This document shows, piece after piece, positions 10,728 to 20,511 of a DNA stretch of 44,565 bases. The notes under the pieces are model-generated. The model made no database searches. It saw nothing but the letters and a program-made list of their open reading frames with translations, and had not been told where the DNA came from. Source of the DNA: a bacterium (GTDB lineage: Bacteria > DRYD01); contig JAOABG010000004.1 of assembly GCA_026418475.1 (NCBI GenBank), positions 2,806-47,370 on the forward strand, in the 5' to 3' direction. A program made the translations under genes and the position numbers. Numbering within the stretch: position 1 is the first letter of the stretch; every line of letters starts with the position of its first letter.

Positions 10728-11161
10728 TAATAAAGTATAACCAAAATTTACGTGAAATATTTGTTATTGATCTGCAAGATTTGATATCATCTAAGGTGGA
10801 TTTTATTTCTGGAACTTTTTATATTGATGTTGATCCTTTTGATATAGTGGGATTATATAGCTATGAGAATTTCAAAATATGTTGCCAGTATAATGTAAAA
10901 AAAGTGGGAGATAGCTTTTTAATTAAAATTTATATGGAGTCCTCTTTACCAGTGTTTTGTGATATCTGTGGCAATAAATTTGATTACAGTTTTTCTTTGG
11001 ATGTGGAGGAAATTTATACCAATTATTTTGAATATAAGCGAAATATTGAGGATATGTATTATTTTATATTTAATGGTAAACAGTTAGATATTGGTAGAAT
11101 ATGTATTGAGAATTTTATTTCAAATCTTCCTATGAGATTTCAAGATGGATGTAGAAAATGA
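10724..11161 (+). CDS. YceD/DUF177 family protein
   Basis: CDICG motif and LDI...E.FISNLPMR near the C-terminus; located near plsX. Confidence 0.7.
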   Translation: MIIKYNQNLREIFVIDLQDLISSKVDFISGTFYIDVDPFDIVGLYSYENFKICCQYNVKKVGDSFLIKIYMESSLPVFCDICGNKFDYSFSLDVEEIYTNYFEYKRNIEDMYYFIFNGKQLDIGRICIENFISNLPMRFQDGCRK

Positions 11162-11163
11162 AT

Positions 11164-11955
11164 CTATCTCTTTATTTTATAGTAGAGATTATAATACAAT
11201 ATTCCTATTATCTCAGTAAGTGCTATGTTGGTGGTTTCTAAATTTTCAAAGTTTGGTAAAAGTGTATATAGATTTATATCTTCATAAAACTTATATTTGA
11301 AATTGCAGGGTATAAAGGTTATATTGTTTTGTATGAAATCTTCTGAGAAATTGTTGTAGAATGATATTTTGGTTCTTTTCATATGAAAAGCGGATGTTAT
11401 AACTATAATTTTATCTGATGGTTTCAATAATTTTTTGAGATTTTTTACATTTTGATGAGTATCTAGAGAATTAGTTTCTGCTATTATCTTTGCAGGTTCT
11501 ATGTTTTCTATTAGCATTTTCATATATTTTGAAGATGGGTTATTGCTGTATAGACTTCCTCCTAAGATTATTATTTCTGGAGTTATATTGTAATATTTTT
11601 TCAGGTTGGTGTGTATAATTATAGCTGTTAATGTTCTTGCTAAGCTTTCTTCTGACAACTCTTGATTGTTCTTTATTCCTCCTCCTAATACTATTATTTT
11701 ATCTGCACTTTTATATAGATCTATTACATTTTCAGGGTTATTTATTGTTGAGTAATAAAGAAAATAAAACTGTAGGTAGTCTTTCTCTAGGAATGCTATT
11801 GCTAAGTTACTACCTATGTCTGTGGAGAAAAAATAAACAATCAAAATTATAAAAAAAACATATTTTTTTTGACTTTTGGGAACTAATATAAATATTATAA
11901 AGAGTATTATAAAGTATATATTTATTACGGAGCTTAGGATTTTTTTTAGAACCAC
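11164..11955 (-). CDS. YdcF/ElyC (DUF218) family membrane protein
   Basis: N-terminal TM helices; IIVLGGG, ETNSLDTHQN, VITSAFHMKR and E-IG-LYY motifs. Confidence 0.85.
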   Translation of the reverse strand: MVLKKILSSVINIYFIILFIIFILVPKSQKKYVFFIILIVYFFSTDIGSNLAIAFLEKDYLQFYFLYYSTINNPENVIDLYKSADKIIVLGGGIKNNQELSEESLARTLTAIIIHTNLKKYYNITPEIIILGGSLYSNNPSSKYMKMLIENIEPAKIIAETNSLDTHQNVKNLKKLLKPSDKIIVITSAFHMKRTKISFYNNFSEDFIQNNITFIPCNFKYKFYEDINLYTLLPNFENLETTNIALTEIIGILYYNLYYKIKR

Positions 11956-11964
11956 TTTAATAGT

Positions 11965-12408
11965 TTATGTTGAATTCTCATAGTTTTTTATAAATTCTAA
12001 TACTTGGTATGGATTTTGTGAGGCTGATACTTTTCTCCATATTTTTACTATTTTCCCAGCCTTATCAATAAGTATTGTATCTCGAGATAAGAACGTTTTT
12101 CCTTCGACATTAAAAAGTTTGGCTATTTTGTTTTCTTTATCACTCAATAGTTTTATTTTTAAGTCGTATTTCTGGATAAATTTTTTGTGTGTACCTTCAT
12201 TATCTTTACTTATTCCTATTATTTCTACGTTGAGTTTATTAAACTCTTCCATTAGTTTTGAAAAGTTTTTGGCTTGTGTTGTACAACCTGGAGTATTGTC
12301 TTTAGGATAGAAATATAGAACTATCCATTTACCTTTACCAATCTCTATTTTTTCTCCATCTATGGTTTCCAAATTCAGGTTTATTACCATATCCCCCTCT
12401 CTATACAT
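11965..12408 (-). CDS. bcp: Peroxiredoxin, BCP/PrxQ family (single Cys)
   Basis: VLYFYPKDNTPGCT motif; GGAGG RBS. Confidence 0.92.
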   Translation of the reverse strand: MYREGDMVINLNLETIDGEKIEIGKGKWIVLYFYPKDNTPGCTTQAKNFSKLMEEFNKLNVEIIGISKDNEGTHKKFIQKYDLKIKLLSDKENKIAKLFNVEGKTFLSRDTILIDKAGKIVKIWRKVSASQNPYQVLEFIKNYENST

Positions 12409-12453
12409 TTTTAACCTCCTATAGTGACATAATAGATTATTTAGATAAATTGT

Positions 12454-13023
12454 TCAATTTATTTTTATGAAATATTTTTTTATTTGATTAATGTTTTGAT
12501 TTTTATATATCGCTTTTAAGATTACTTTTTTATTTTTATAGTTTTTAGGGATTCTGATGGTTATTGAATTAGGCGAAGTATAGAATATACTTATATTTTT
12601 TTCGTTTGTAGTTATTTCTACAAATGGAGAAAAATTAAAATACCATATTATATAAAATGTGGTATATTCATCAAATTCAAATTTATCTACCTTCATTATT
12701 TCAGGAAATGTGTAGTTATATTTCTCTATTATTTGTTCATTAAAACTTACTACTTTGTTATCTTTTATTTTGAAATAAAGATGCTTATTTTTTATTTCTG
12801 ATGATAATATTTTGTTATATACTTCTTCGGTTACGTAGAATCTTTGAGAAGAGGATAGCAAGATAAATGGGGGGGCGTATGTAGTCCCCCTACCTATGTA
12901 CTTTATACTCCCCTCTGCTGTTAATATATTATTTGAAAAAGATATTGATAATATAAGAAATAGAGTAACCAATGTTATATTAAGTGTTTTCCATATTGTT
13001 TTCTGTATTTTGAATTCTCTCAT
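12454..13023 (-). CDS. Hypothetical exported/membrane-anchored protein
   Basis: N-terminal hydrophobic stretch (ITLVTLFLILSISFS). Start set to ATG 13023, preceded by GAGGAG. Confidence 0.65.
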   Translation of the reverse strand: MREFKIQKTIWKTLNITLVTLFLILSISFSNNILTAEGSIKYIGRGTTYAPPFILLSSSQRFYVTEEVYNKILSSEIKNKHLYFKIKDNKVVSFNEQIIEKYNYTFPEIMKVDKFEFDEYTTFYIIWYFNFSPFVEITTNEKNISIFYTSPNSITIRIPKNYKNKKVILKAIYKNQNINQIKKYFIKIN

Positions 13024-13459
13024 AATTGAACTCCTCAAGTAGTTCCATTATATCTATTATTATGGAAATAATTAAATTAATGATGGTTATTAATTTGTTT
13101 CTTTGTTGATTTAATATTTCTATTTGTATTTTTAATAGTCTTTCTTTTTGGGGTATGAAGGTTTTTTGTATTTCCTGTATATTTGTTATTGTTGTTTGTA
13201 TACTCTGTATAAATTCCAAAAAGAGAGTATCTGTATTAATAAGCTTCTCTTCAATTTGTTTAGAGTATATGATTGAATTTTTAAATTTTGTATACAAAAT
13301 GTTGTATACGTTTTGTTTGATTTGTATGTATTGTTTTGAAAATTTTTCTATTAGGATTTCTATTTGTTTGGGGTTTACTTTTTCTTCTATCTCTTCTTTT
13401 GATATCATTTTTTCAATATCTTGGGAAGTGGATAGGAGATCACGTATTAAATTTTGCAT
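12980..13459 (-). CDS. Hypothetical alpha-helical protein
   Basis: ~159-aa I/Q/E/K-rich helical ORF filling the gap between the tRNA and the next gene; composition like neighbouring genes. Confidence 0.6.
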   Translation of the reverse strand: MQNLIRDLLSTSQDIEKMISKEEIEEKVNPKQIEILIEKFSKQYIQIKQNVYNILYTKFKNSIIYSKQIEEKLINTDTLFLEFIQSIQTTITNIQEIQKTFIPQKERLLKIQIEILNQQRNKLITIINLIISIIIDIMELLEEFNYERIQNTENNMENT

Positions 13460-13464
13460 CAATT

Positions 13465-13541
13465 TGGTGGGCCTCTCTGGACTCGAACCAGAGACCTTAC
13501 CCTTATCAGGGGTACGCTCTAACCACCTGAGCTAGAGGCCC
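13465..13541 (-). tRNA. tRNA-Ile (anticodon GAT)
   Basis: Minus strand reads GGGCCTC-TAGCTCAGGTGGTTAGAGC-G-TACCC-CTGATAA-GGGTA-AGGTC-TCTGG-TTCGAGT-CCAGA-GAGGCCC-ACCA: full cloverleaf, 77 nt, encoded CCA. Confidence 0.98.
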
Positions 13542-13580
13542 TTCTCTATTCTTTTTTGATATTAAATGGATTTTCCCTCT

Positions 13581-15356
13581 TTATACTTCTGGTAGCTCAA
13601 AGAATTGTCTCAAAAATTGAATATACTCTAAAAATTTAAGTATTTCTTCTAAGATTTCTGTTTCCTCTGTATCATTTTCTATGTCGTTTTTTATTTTTTC
13701 TATTGTTATTATGAGCTGTCTTATGATTTCTTTTTCTTGGTTTTCTGGTTTTAAGTTTTTTTCTAAGTTTGATAACTCTTTTATTGTATTTTCTAAGTGG
13801 TATAATGTGTTTTCCTTTTCTCTTTTTATGAAAAGGTTATTTATTAGTTCTAAAACATAGTTTTGTATGAGGAGAGGACTGTTTTGTAAACTATTTATTA
13901 CCAGTTTTTCTATTGAAAGAGGAAAAGGTAAGTTGCAATTTATACATTTTTGGCTAAAGAAATCGTTTTCTGTTTTACATGACGGGCAGATTAACTTTTG
14001 GTTAATCAAACATTCTACTTCTTTATATAATTCCCTGAATATACTGTAGAAACTTAAGAAATTTAAATATACATTCTCAAAATTTTCTGGGTGAATTATA
14101 TATTTCATTGAGTGTTTAATTAAGTTTTCTATGTTTTGCATGGTTTCGTCTATTTTTAAAACATTCGATAAATTTAACAATATGAATGTTCTCAATGTGT
14201 TTTTTATATTGACTAGTAAGTTAATAAAAGTTGTTAATGGCAAGTTATAATTTAAAAAAAGAAATAGAGCATTAAGTATTTCTCTTATTGGTTTAGGTTC
14301 TGAATCAATATTTTTATCTTCAAGGTTTTCAAAATCCTTTATTAGATTTCCAATGAATTCTATTTTTTCAATGTATTCATAAAATTCTTCTGTTGTGGTT
14401 TTTAGAATCCCTAATAAGTATTCAATTTCATTTATTTTTTCTATGTTGTTATTAATAAATAGTGGATTTAATATTATTCTAAATATGGTATTTTTTAGAA
14501 AAGTAAGAATTGATTGTTTTTGTTCTTCAGAAAGAATCTCATAATTTTTTATTATTTCAATGATATTTATTTTTTGATTCTTATTTCTTTCCAATATAAA
14601 GAATGTATTTGATGCTTGATTTATTTGTATAAATATTTTATTTGGCAGTTCTGGATCTTCTATTAAATTTATTTCTCCTGTTATCAGTTGATATGCTGCT
14701 CCTAGTGCATATTTTTGTGCTTCTATTAGGGATTCTTGTTGTTCTAATATTTTTTTTACTTCTCCCTCATTCTCTATTTTTATTTTTTGTAGAGTCTCTT
14801 TCTCGTTTTTTATTTGTTTTTCTAGGTTTTCAATTAGTCTTGCACTTCCAAAAAGATATCTTATCATTAAGTCTATGGGAAAGTTTTCAAGATTCTTTAT
14901 ATTTTGAATATACATCCAAAATATTTTTAAGAATTTATCTATTATTGGATATGTGGAAACAAATTTTTGGTTTTTCAATATTTCTCCTACTGTGTTATTA
15001 ACCCTAATTATTAGCACTGTATTTTTTACTATTTTTTCTATTATTGAGTTGTCTATGTCGTCTATTATTATTTTTTCTGTTTCTGTTTTAATTTTTTCAA
15101 ATATGTTGTTCAATTCATTTATATTCTTTTGCATGCTGTTTATGAATGTTGTGTTTATTGGTATTGTTTGCTTTATTAGCTCCCAATCATCTATCGTTTG
15201 ATTAATAATTTCTTCTAAAAAATTAATAAAATTAATTTTGCTATTTATGAAAACTTCATTGATTTCATTTATGTTTTCTATTTCATTATAAAAGTATATT
15301 AAGTTTTCTATTATGTTGAGAAAATTTGTTATGGGTGGAGGAAAAACTACTACCAT
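13581..15356 (-). CDS. Hypothetical helical protein with a zinc-ribbon motif
   Basis: 591 aa, mostly helical, with CPSC-x10-CINC near the C-terminus. Confidence 0.8.
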   Translation of the reverse strand: MVVVFPPPITNFLNIIENLIYFYNEIENINEINEVFINSKINFINFLEEIINQTIDDWELIKQTIPINTTFINSMQKNINELNNIFEKIKTETEKIIIDDIDNSIIEKIVKNTVLIIRVNNTVGEILKNQKFVSTYPIIDKFLKIFWMYIQNIKNLENFPIDLMIRYLFGSARLIENLEKQIKNEKETLQKIKIENEGEVKKILEQQESLIEAQKYALGAAYQLITGEINLIEDPELPNKIFIQINQASNTFFILERNKNQKINIIEIIKNYEILSEEQKQSILTFLKNTIFRIILNPLFINNNIEKINEIEYLLGILKTTTEEFYEYIEKIEFIGNLIKDFENLEDKNIDSEPKPIREILNALFLFLNYNLPLTTFINLLVNIKNTLRTFILLNLSNVLKIDETMQNIENLIKHSMKYIIHPENFENVYLNFLSFYSIFRELYKEVECLINQKLICPSCKTENDFFSQKCINCNLPFPLSIEKLVINSLQNSPLLIQNYVLELINNLFIKREKENTLYHLENTIKELSNLEKNLKPENQEKEIIRQLIITIEKIKNDIENDTEETEILEEILKFLEYIQFLRQFFELPEV

Positions 15357-15372
15357 AGGTATATATACTTTT

Positions 15373-16176
15373 TTATTCTAATGCTTTTTGTATTGCTTGT
15401 TTCAGATTAAGTTGTACCTCAATAAGCCTATGATCAGATACTTTACTTGCTATTGGATTCTCTTTATTTCCTACTACGTTAAAACTATTTTGGACTACTT
15501 TATCTTGTAATTCTGGTGATACAAAAATATAGTCTAAAGTACTTACATGTTTACCAAAGTGTGTTGGATACTTGGTTTCTTCTGATAATTTATCCAATTT
15601 TCTTACATCTTGAAAATTGTTATTTTCTATTGTTCTTATAACTGTTGAGTTTGGAAGATCATTAAAATCACCCATCAATATTGTTGGCTCCTTTGAATTA
15701 CTTGCCATGTTTACCAAGTTTTGTGCTTCCTTTTGTCTCTGTGTATCTGATTCTACTCCTCCTCTTTTGGATTTAAGATGAACAGAGTATACTTTTACTT
15801 CAAAACCTGGTGATAATTCTACTATTGCTTCTACTGGAGGGCGCTTGAAATTTGTGTTGTTTTCATTTATACTGTAACTTTTTATCTTGAACTTTTTATC
15901 TATCAGTAAAGCTGTTGCTATCCCTCTATCATCTGATTTACCTACTATAACATTATATTTCTTATCCAGAGAGGCAATTTTCAGAAGGTCATTTAGGATA
16001 TCTTTATTTTCAACTTCTTGTAATGCTACTATATCAGCGTTGGATTTACTCAGTATGTCCGCTATTCCAATCATTTCATTTTCTTTTTTAGGGGGACCAT
16101 CACTTTTTAAAGGGTCATCTACCTTGTCAAACAAGTTCCAGACATTATAACTTGCCAATTTTATATTATTTATCAT
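15373..16176 (-). CDS. Endonuclease/exonuclease/phosphatase (EEP) family protein
   Basis: SYNV, DIVALQEV, VHLKS, MGDFND, LDYIF and SDH motifs. Confidence 0.93.
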   Translation of the reverse strand: MINNIKLASYNVWNLFDKVDDPLKSDGPPKKENEMIGIADILSKSNADIVALQEVENKDILNDLLKIASLDKKYNVIVGKSDDRGIATALLIDKKFKIKSYSINENNTNFKRPPVEAIVELSPGFEVKVYSVHLKSKRGGVESDTQRQKEAQNLVNMASNSKEPTILMGDFNDLPNSTVIRTIENNNFQDVRKLDKLSEETKYPTHFGKHVSTLDYIFVSPELQDKVVQNSFNVVGNKENPIASKVSDHRLIEVQLNLKQAIQKALE

Positions 16177-16233
16177 GTTATTCTATCCTATGATAATATA
16201 ATTCTATTTATATTATATTTTTCATTTTTTGTT

Positions 16234-16272
16234 TTTAAAGTCATTTTATATTTTTTTTACAATTTTTTTACG
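16234..16272 (+). promoter_or_regulatory. 11-bp-phased TTTAcA direct-repeat array upstream of the S8 protease (candidate OmpR/PhoP-type operator)
   Basis: TTTAAA 16234, TTTATA 16245, TTTACA 16256, TTTACG 16267. Confidence 0.35.
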
Positions 16273-16329
16273 ATTTTTTTTTCTTTTAAATACTCTAAAA
16301 ATTAGAGAAATAAAAAGGAGGTGTCAAAA

Positions 16330-17487
16330 ATGTTCTTAGAAAACATAAAAAAATATGGCATAAAAAAAATAAGCTTTATAAATCAAATTTTAGCTAGAAA
16401 AACTGATAATTTATCTGAAAAAGATACACCAGATAAATTTTTACCTAATAAAGTGAGTTACTATAAACCTATAGAATTGACTTCACAAAAGAATAAATTA
16501 CCTCACAATTTACACAGGATTGATGTTGTGAAAGATGTTCTTAAAACTGATGAGGTTTGGAAAATGGGAATAACAGGTAAAGATATTACTGTTGCTGTTA
16601 TAGATACAGGAATATATCCACATCCAGATGTAAAAAATAGATTGATAGAGTTTATTGATTTTGTCAATAATAAAAATGGAGTTGAAAACGCCTATGATGA
16701 CAATGGTCATGGAACACACTGTGCAGGTTTGGTTGGAGGAGATGGAACCAAAGCAAACGGAAATTATAAAGGCCCAGCTTATGAGGCAAACTTAATTGGT
16801 ATTAAAGTATTAGATAAAATGGGTTCTGGTAGTCTATCTAACATAGTTAAATCAATATATTGGTGCATTGAAAATAAGGATAAATATAATATTAAAGTTT
16901 TGTCAATGTCTTTAGGTGCTGACTCTGTAATAAAAGAGAAAGATGATATTCTTGCTAAAGCTGTTGAGGATGCTACTAAGGCTGGTTTAATCGTTGTTAT
17001 TGCTGCTGGTAATAGCGGACCTCTCTCTGAAACCGTAGGAACACCTGGTATAAGCCAATATGCTATTACTGTTGGTGCTTATGATGACAAGAATACCATT
17101 TCTACTGATGATGACACTCCTGCTTTCTTTACCTCAAAAGGACCTACTCCTGTGGACAAAGCTAAGAAACCTGATATATCATCACCAGGTGTGGAAGTCG
17201 TAAGTCTGAGAAGTCCCAACTCAACAATTGATAAATCACCAGTTATACATTATGGTGATTACTACACATTATTATCGGGAACTTCAATGGCTACTCCGAT
17301 AGTTGCTGGTGTTGTTGCTCTTATTTTACAAGCTAATCCAAACCTCTCTCCACAACAAGTGAAACAGATAATAATGGAAACTGCTACTCCAGTTAAAGGA
17401 GCAAGCCATCATTCAGTTGGGGCAGGGCTTATTAACCCTGTTGAAGCAGTTAAAAAAGCAAAAAAAATGAAAACAATTGATTCTTAA
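16330..17487 (+). CDS. S8 subtilisin-like serine peptidase (AprX-like)
   Basis: Catalytic motifs VIDTG, HGTHCAG and GTSMATP, plus oxyanion AAGN. GGAGGTG at 16317-16323 favours ATG 16330. Confidence 0.95.
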   Translation: MFLENIKKYGIKKISFINQILARKTDNLSEKDTPDKFLPNKVSYYKPIELTSQKNKLPHNLHRIDVVKDVLKTDEVWKMGITGKDITVAVIDTGIYPHPDVKNRLIEFIDFVNNKNGVENAYDDNGHGTHCAGLVGGDGTKANGNYKGPAYEANLIGIKVLDKMGSGSLSNIVKSIYWCIENKDKYNIKVLSMSLGADSVIKEKDDILAKAVEDATKAGLIVVIAAGNSGPLSETVGTPGISQYAITVGAYDDKNTISTDDDTPAFFTSKGPTPVDKAKKPDISSPGVEVVSLRSPNSTIDKSPVIHYGDYYTLLSGTSMATPIVAGVVALILQANPNLSPQQVKQIIMETATPVKGASHHSVGAGLINPVEAVKKAKKMKTIDS

Positions 17488-17500
17488 AAGTAATTAATTC

Positions 17501-17540
17501 TTAAAAGAAAAATTAAAAGAAAAATTAAAAGAAAAATTAA
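17501..17540 (+). repeat. 12-bp tandem repeat (TTAAAAGAAAAA)x3.3
   Basis: Exact units at 17501, 17513 and 17525, and a partial unit at 17537. Confidence 0.85.
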
Positions 17541-17556
17541 TTGAGGTGTTATCTAA

Positions 17557-18765
17557 ATGATCGACATTAATGAATATTCCAAATATGTTGATAAAAAAAT
17601 TATAGATGATATTTTGCTTTTGGCAAAGAGTTTGGAAGGATTAAGAGTCCTCCATATAAATTCTACTCATGAAGGTGGGGGAGTTGCTGAAATACTATCA
17701 AGGCTCGTTCCTCTTATGAATTCACTAGATATCAAAACAGATTGGGCAGTATTCAAAGGAAACCAACAATTTTTTAAGTTTACAAAAAAGCTTCACAATA
17801 TGCTACATTTACCAAATTATGATAAGATTGATAGCAATGAAGTATTAATCTATCTCGGAACAACTTATGAAAATGTTAATAACCTGGATACAGACAATTA
17901 TGACGTTATATTTGTTCATGATCCTCAGCCTTTAGGAATGGTTATGAAAAAAAAGGATAAACAAAAGTGGATATGGAGATGTCATATAGATACTTCTACT
18001 CCAACTGAAAAGGCCTGGGAATTTATAGAACTTTTTGTTAATGCTTATGATTGCGCTATATTTCATATGCCTGATTTTGTTCACTCTAAATTAAATATTC
18101 CTGTTTATATTATTCCTCCTTCTATAGATCCAATTCATCCCAAAAATATTGAATTGGAAAAAGATTTTATTTTTAATACTTTGGAAAAACTAAAAATAAA
18201 CCCTGATAAACCAATCATATTACAAGTCTCAAGATTTGATAGATTAAAGGATCCAATGGGGGTATATAAAGCTTATAAACTTGTGAAAAAAAATTATGAC
18301 TGTCAATTAGTTTTGGCAGGATCGTTTGCATCTGATGACCCTGAGGGGATAGAAGTGTATAATCAACTACTTGATGATACTCAAGATGATAAAGATGTGT
18401 TAGTTCTAAATCTTCCTCCTGATAGCCATTTAGAGATAAATGCTTTGCAAAGGGTTTCTGCAGTGGTTATTCAAAAGTCTATTAGAGAAGGTTTTGGTTT
18501 GGTTGTTTCAGAAGCAATGTGGAAAAATAAAGCAGTTATTGGTGGTAATGTAGGAGGAATAAAAAAACAAATAGTTAATAACCACACTGGTTTTTTAGTT
18601 GATACTATAGAAGAAGCCGCTTATAAAATAGAGGAATTATTAACTAATGAAGAGCTAAGAGAAAGAATGGGTAAATTGGCAAAACAGAGAGTCAGAGAAC
18701 TGTTTTTGATAACCCGTCATTTAAAAGATTATCTAACAGTTATTAAAAACCAATTGGGGAAGTAA
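17557..18765 (+). CDS. treT: GT4 glycosyltransferase, trehalose synthase TreT-like
   Basis: HINSTHEGGGVAEIL, HDPQP, WRCHID, QVSRFDRLKD, DDPEG and QKSIREGFGLVVSEAMWK motifs. Confidence 0.85.
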   Translation: MIDINEYSKYVDKKIIDDILLLAKSLEGLRVLHINSTHEGGGVAEILSRLVPLMNSLDIKTDWAVFKGNQQFFKFTKKLHNMLHLPNYDKIDSNEVLIYLGTTYENVNNLDTDNYDVIFVHDPQPLGMVMKKKDKQKWIWRCHIDTSTPTEKAWEFIELFVNAYDCAIFHMPDFVHSKLNIPVYIIPPSIDPIHPKNIELEKDFIFNTLEKLKINPDKPIILQVSRFDRLKDPMGVYKAYKLVKKNYDCQLVLAGSFASDDPEGIEVYNQLLDDTQDDKDVLVLNLPPDSHLEINALQRVSAVVIQKSIREGFGLVVSEAMWKNKAVIGGNVGGIKKQIVNNHTGFLVDTIEEAAYKIEELLTNEELRERMGKLAKQRVRELFLITRHLKDYLTVIKNQLGK

Positions 18766-18783
18766 AATTTTTCAGGAAAACAT

Positions 18784-18814
18784 AAAAAAAAGGGGCTTGG
18801 AAAAGCCCCTTTTT
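18784..18814. terminator. Bidirectional intrinsic terminator between convergent treT and groEL
   Basis: A-tract, AGGGGCTT-GGAA-AAGCCCCT hairpin, then T-tract. Confidence 0.9.
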
Positions 18815-18839
18815 GGTCTACTTTTACCTTAAACTTATT

Positions 18840-20495
18840 TTAGTAATCCATTGGTGGGTGGTTATGTGCTCCACCTTTATCTTTTTCTTTTTCAGGAATT
18901 TCTGCCACAACTGTTTCTGTTGTTAGGACCATTCCTGCTACTGAACATGCGTGTTCCAATGCACTTCTTGTAACTTTCAAAGGATCTATTATACCGGCTT
19001 TGAACATATCTGTTATTTGTCCACTTACTGCATCAAATCCGAAAGTAGGATTTGCTCTTTTAACTTCTTCTACTATTGATCCACCATCGTAGCCAGCGTT
19101 TTCTGCTATTTGTCTTAATGGTCTATCTAATGAGGACTTGACAACTTTAATTCCAAGAGCCATGTCGCCGCTAAATTCTTTTTCCATTTTTTCTAAGGAT
19201 GACATTGTTCTTATGAGAGCTGTTCCTCCACCAGGTATTATTCCTTCTTCTACAGCAGCTTTTGTTGCGTTTAAAGAGTCTTCAAATCTCAATTTCTTTT
19301 CTTTGAGCTCTGTTTCTGTTGGAGCTCCGACTTTTATTACTGCGACTCCACCTGTTAGTTTAGCCAATCTTTCTTGGAGTTTTTCTCTGTCGAATTCGCT
19401 ATCTGTTTCCTTAATTTGTTTTCTTATTTGTTCTATTCTTGCTTTGATTTCGGAATCGCTACCTTTTCCTCCAATTATTGTTGTATTTTCTTTTGTGACT
19501 TTTACTTTTTCTGCTTTACCTAAATAGGTACTGCTCTTAATGTTTTCCAGTTTCATTCCAAGCTCATCATTTATTACTTGTCCACCTGTCAAGATTGCTA
19601 TGTCTTTTAACATTTCTTTTCTTCTATCTCCAAATCCTGGTGCTTTTACTGCACATACATTTAATACTCCTCTTAGTTTATTTACAACTAATGTAGCTAA
19701 AGCTTCACCTTCTATATCTTCAGCTATTATGAGTAATGGTTTCCCTTCTTTAACAACAACTTCCAATACTCCAAGAATGTCATTTACTGCTGCTACTTTC
19801 TTTTCAGTTATTAATATATAAGGATTTTCTAAAACGGATTCCATTCTTTCTGTATCTGTTACAAAATATGGTGATATATAGCCCCTATCAAACTGCATAC
19901 CTTCAACATGTTCCAAAGTTGTTTGTGAGGACTTGGATTCTTCAATTGTTATAACTCCTGTTTTACCAACCATTCTTATTGCTTTTGCTATCATTTTACC
20001 GATTTCTTCATCGTTATTAGCTGCTATTGTTGCAACTCTTTCAAGATCATCAACTTCAGATTTGGTCTTACCCTCAAAATCAACTTCTTTGGATTGTTTT
20101 TTTAATTCTTCTATTATTACTTCTTTTGCTTTGTCTATTCCTCTTTTGAGATAAATTGGATTTGCTCCTGCTGCTATTGCTTTCAAGCCTTCCTTTATTA
20201 TGTTATAACCAAGAACTACTGCTGTAGTTGTTCCATCACCTGCTATATCGTTTGTTTTGGTTGCAACTTCTTTTAAAAGTTGAGCACCCATATTTTCTAT
20301 TGGATCTGGTAACTCAATTTCTTTTGCAACTGTAACACCGTCATTTGTTATTAATGGGCTACCAAATTTCTTTTCTAATACCACATTTCTACCTTTAGGA
20401 CCCAATGTTACTCTTACCGAGTCATAGACCACTTTTATTCCTTTTTCCAATTTTTGTCTTGCTTCTGTGTTGAATAACACCATTTTACCTGCCAT
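18840..20495 (-). CDS. groL: Chaperonin GroEL
   Basis: [26 protein letters not shown] and [10 protein letters not shown] motifs. Confidence 0.99.
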   Translation of the reverse strand: MAGKMVLFNTEARQKLEKGIKVVYDSVRVTLGPKGRNVVLEKKFGSPLITNDGVTVAKEIELPDPIENMGAQLLKEVATKTNDIAGDGTTTAVVLGYNIIKEGLKAIAAGANPIYLKRGIDKAKEVIIEELKKQSKEVDFEGKTKSEVDDLERVATIAANNDEEIGKMIAKAIRMVGKTGVITIEESKSSQTTLEHVEGMQFDRGYISPYFVTDTERMESVLENPYILITEKKVAAVNDILGVLEVVVKEGKPLLIIAEDIEGEALATLVVNKLRGVLNVCAVKAPGFGDRRKEMLKDIAILTGGQVINDELGMKLENIKSSTYLGKAEKVKVTKENTTIIGGKGSDSEIKARIEQIRKQIKETDSEFDREKLQERLAKLTGGVAVIKVGAPTETELKEKKLRFEDSLNATKAAVEEGIIPGGGTALIRTMSSLEKMEKEFSGDMALGIKVVKSSLDRPLRQIAENAGYDGGSIVEEVKRANPTFGFDAVSGQITDMFKAGIIDPLKVTRSALEHACSVAGMVLTTETVVAEIPEKEKDKGGAHNHPPMDY

Positions 20496-20511
20496 AACTT
20501 AACACCTCCTG

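Noticed and set aside
11965-12408. Single-Cys BCP as a novelty
   Set aside because: 1-Cys BCP/PrxQ variants are well known.
12454-13465. Integrated element at the tRNA-Ile 3' end
   Set aside because: No integrase, no duplicated tRNA 3' end (att) seen, and no composition shift.
13155-13535. Plus-strand ORFs 13155-13535 and 13336-13530
   Set aside because: Antisense to a CDS and to the tRNA; the C-termini are translated tRNA complement.
17501-17540. Short repeats here and at 33499-33534 as CRISPR arrays
   Set aside because: Head-to-tail repeats without spacers, and no cas genes.
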